A DNA stretch of 64,000 nucleotides from an uncultured Acidobacteriota bacterium (GTDB lineage: Bacteria; Acidobacteriota; JAQAZP01): the NCBI GenBank assembly GCA_963836075.1, contig CAWIIB010000009.1, positions 256,001 through 320,000 of the forward strand, read 5' to 3'. Made by a program: the position numbers and the translations under genes. Under the pieces are notes generated by a model. It did not search any database. It worked only from the letters and a program-made list of their open reading frames with translations, and had not been told where the DNA came from. Positions within the stretch are counted from its first letter, which is position 1. Each line of letters begins with the position of its first letter. Below, one piece after another: positions 62,001 to 64,000 of this stretch.

Positions 62001-62519
62001 CCAGAGTTTCGACTGCCAGCCGAGGTGGCGGTAGGTGGCGGCGTCGGGGTCGTCGAGGTCCCAGTCGCGGAGCAGCTCGGTGCGGTAGAGCTGGTACTCG
62101 TCGAAGGTGGCGGCGATCTTCGCCGCCAGCTGGTAGCGCTTGCGCAGGTCGTTGTCGGCGAGGTAGGCGCGGATCGGGGCGAACTCGTCGCCGGGGAGGT
62201 TCTTGCCGAGGAGGGCCATCAGCCGCCAGGTCAGCGGCCCGCGGCCAAAGGGGTCGCCCTCCTCGTCCTCGGCGCTGCCCAGCAGCTTTTTCGCCAGCCA
62301 GGCGGCGGCGTTCCTCGGGAAGGGCATGGAGATCGACGCGGCGATCCCCAGCTCTCTGGCCAGCTCGAGGGTGACCCAGCGCTTCATCCCCCCGCTCTGC
62401 ACCACGATCCGCTCGAAGTCGAGCGGGGGCAGGGGGTCGTCGCGCAGCACCCCGGCCATCCGGCCCAGCAGCATGGGCAGGCTGTTGCTGCTCTGGATAA
62501 AGAAACCGGGGCTGGTCAT
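59037..62519 (-). CDS. recC: Exodeoxyribonuclease V gamma subunit, several frameshifts
   Basis: IVVQSGGMKRW, FDEYQLYR, HNCHSPLREMEVL, YAPYIDAVF, NIRWG, LKPMRTIPFRV, HPLQPF. Confidence 0.9.
60233..60288. repeat. Palindromic element inserted in frame within recC
   Basis: GAGATTGCTTCGTCGCTGCGCTCCTCGCAATGACA plus a duplicated CTCGCAATGACA, translated as MSLRADDLSLRGAQRRSNL. Confidence 0.8.
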
Positions 62520-63014
62520 GCCGGGCTCCACGGTGTAGGCCCGCATACCTCACGGCCGCCCGGTGCTGCTGGCGACAATGCGAAAAAACCCTGTGAGACA
62601 TGCAAACCTGTGAATCAGGGAGACGAGATCCGAAGGCGGAAGTCCGTCCACGGAGTGCTTGGTTCCATTATAGGAACGGGATGGCTGCTTGTAAAGGAAA
62701 CTACCGAATCTATCAGCAGATAAATGCCATATTTACTATGAGGTTATGAGGATTCAGGCGCAGACGGCTCACCAGCCGGGACGAAATCGGCGCATGGTGA
62801 TTGTGACCAAAAGTTGCTTTAATTGTCTATTTCTTTTATACAGAAGGTAGATATTTAAGGCAGTTTTCCTTCCCACTCCATTGTCATCAAGAGTGACTGC
62901 CGGGAAAGCCGCCGGATTGACCGGCATGGCGCCGCGTGAGGCGACAGCCTGAAGAGTCTGCAGTGCCCGGCAATGCAGCCCAACAACTGAATTTCGAACA
63001 GGAGTACTTAAAAG

Positions 63015-64000
63015 ATGGGATGTTGTGAGTTGCAGGCGCGGGGACGTTCGGGATTCGGCGTGCGGGTGGTCCATGTGATGATGGCCCTCGCTCTGGTCAT
63101 GGCCGGCGGTGTCGCGGGACAGAGCGCACACGCGCAGTGCAATCCGCAGCAGATGTTCAAGCTCCTGGCCGATGACGGCGCCGACGGCGACTATTTAGGC
63201 AGCGCCGTGGCCATCGACGGGACCACCGCCATCGTCGGTGCCTTCAGTGATGACGACGACTTCAGCTACACCGACATCGGCTCGGCCTATCTCTTTGACG
63301 CAGCCACCGGCGTCCAGCTGTACAAGCTCGTGCCCACCGACGGCGAGATGGACGACCACTTCGGCTGGGCCGTGGACATCAGCGGCAGCAGTGCCATCGT
63401 CGGGGCGTGCGGTGACGATGACAACGGCAGCGCCTCCGGCTCGGTCTATCTCTTTGACGCCACCACCGGCGGCCAGCTGATGAAGCTGCTGCCCGACGAC
63501 GGCGCGGCCAGCGACTACTTCGGCTACTCCGTGGCCATGGACGGCACCACCGCCATCGTCGGGGCGCATCAGGACGACGACAACGGCAGCAACTCCGGCT
63601 CGGCCTATCTCTTCGATGCCACCACCGGGGACCAGATCACCAAACTCCTGCCCGAGGACGGCGCGGCCGGCCACTACTTCGGCCGCTCCGTGGCCATCAG
63701 CGGGACAATCGCCATCGTCGGGGCGGACGGTGCCGACGACAACGGCAGCGACTCCGGCTCGGCCTATCTCTTCGACAGCACCACCGGGGCCCAGCTGGCC
63801 AAGCTCCTGCCGCTGGACGGCGAAGGATACGACTTCTTCGGCTGGTCCGTAGCCATCAGCGGCACCACGGCCATCATCGGGGCCACCGGTGACGACGACA
63901 GCGGCCCCGAATCGGGCGCCGCCTATCTGTTCGACACCGCCAGCGGCGACCAGGTCGCCAAGCTGCTCTCCGATGACGGCTCGACGGACGACCACTTCGG
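63015..64000 (+). CDS. Secreted FG-GAP repeat protein, runs off window
   Basis: Open frame from ATG 63015 (AGGAG RBS), signal ending AHA, repeated KLLPxDG...DxFGxSVAISGxTAIVGA...SGSAYLFD. Confidence 0.88.
   Translation, partial: MGCCELQARGRSGFGVRVVHVMMALALVMAGGVAGQSAHAQCNPQQMFKLLADDGADGDYLGSAVAIDGTTAIVGAFSDDDDFSYTDIGSAYLFDAATGVQLYKLVPTDGEMDDHFGWAVDISGSSAIVGACGDDDNGSASGSVYLFDATTGGQLMKLLPDDGAASDYFGYSVAMDGTTAIVGAHQDDDNGSNSGSAYLFDATTGDQITKLLPEDGAAGHYFGRSVAISGTIAIVGADGADDNGSDSGSAYLFDSTTGAQLAKLLPLDGEGYDFFGWSVAISGTTAIIGATGDDDSGPESGAAYLFDTASGDQVAKLLSDDGSTDDHF

Noticed and set aside
39412-62519. Mass pseudogenisation or programmed frameshifting of recBCD, NERD, HIT and HNH
   Set aside because: Single-base indels are scattered over many unrelated genes with intact catalytic motifs. 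Sequencing error is more parsimonious, though this cannot be settled without reads.
63195-63995. Minus-strand 266-aa ORF
   Set aside because: It is the antisense of the FG-GAP gene, which the ORF track missed because its stop lies outside the window.

Overview
GC-rich bacterial window. Bases 1-15 kb are core-like envelope and signalling genes: two tandem GT-C glycosyltransferases, mscL, a PAS hybrid kinase, a Na/Pi cotransporter, and secreted BNR and zinc-protease proteins. The rest is an accessory patchwork. It holds ADP-ribose-linked genes (ARPP-1/DUF6569, one full and one partial ADP-ribosylglycohydrolase), several toxin-antitoxin relics with operators retained, an atypical Mla-like operon, a Tat-exported PaoABC-like molybdoenzyme, defence-type nucleases and helicases, a 3' tRNA-Ala fragment, and a recC-recB-recD cluster interrupted by AT-rich cargo. 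The best candidate for a new system is at 31.8-37.4 kb. Two convergent operons each start with a sigma70 promoter and a homologous ~320-340 nt leader containing two tandem copies of a structured RNA motif with a terminator/antiterminator layout that I cannot name. Both first genes share an unrecognised acidic 'WD(S/T)GG...GPY' domain. Also notable are a palindromic repeat inserted in frame in recC, coding palindromes in a DUF1016 gene, and a bacteriocin-like Cys-rich secreted protein. Many genes show single-base frameshifts that may be sequencing errors. All family assignments come from motif recognition, not database searches.
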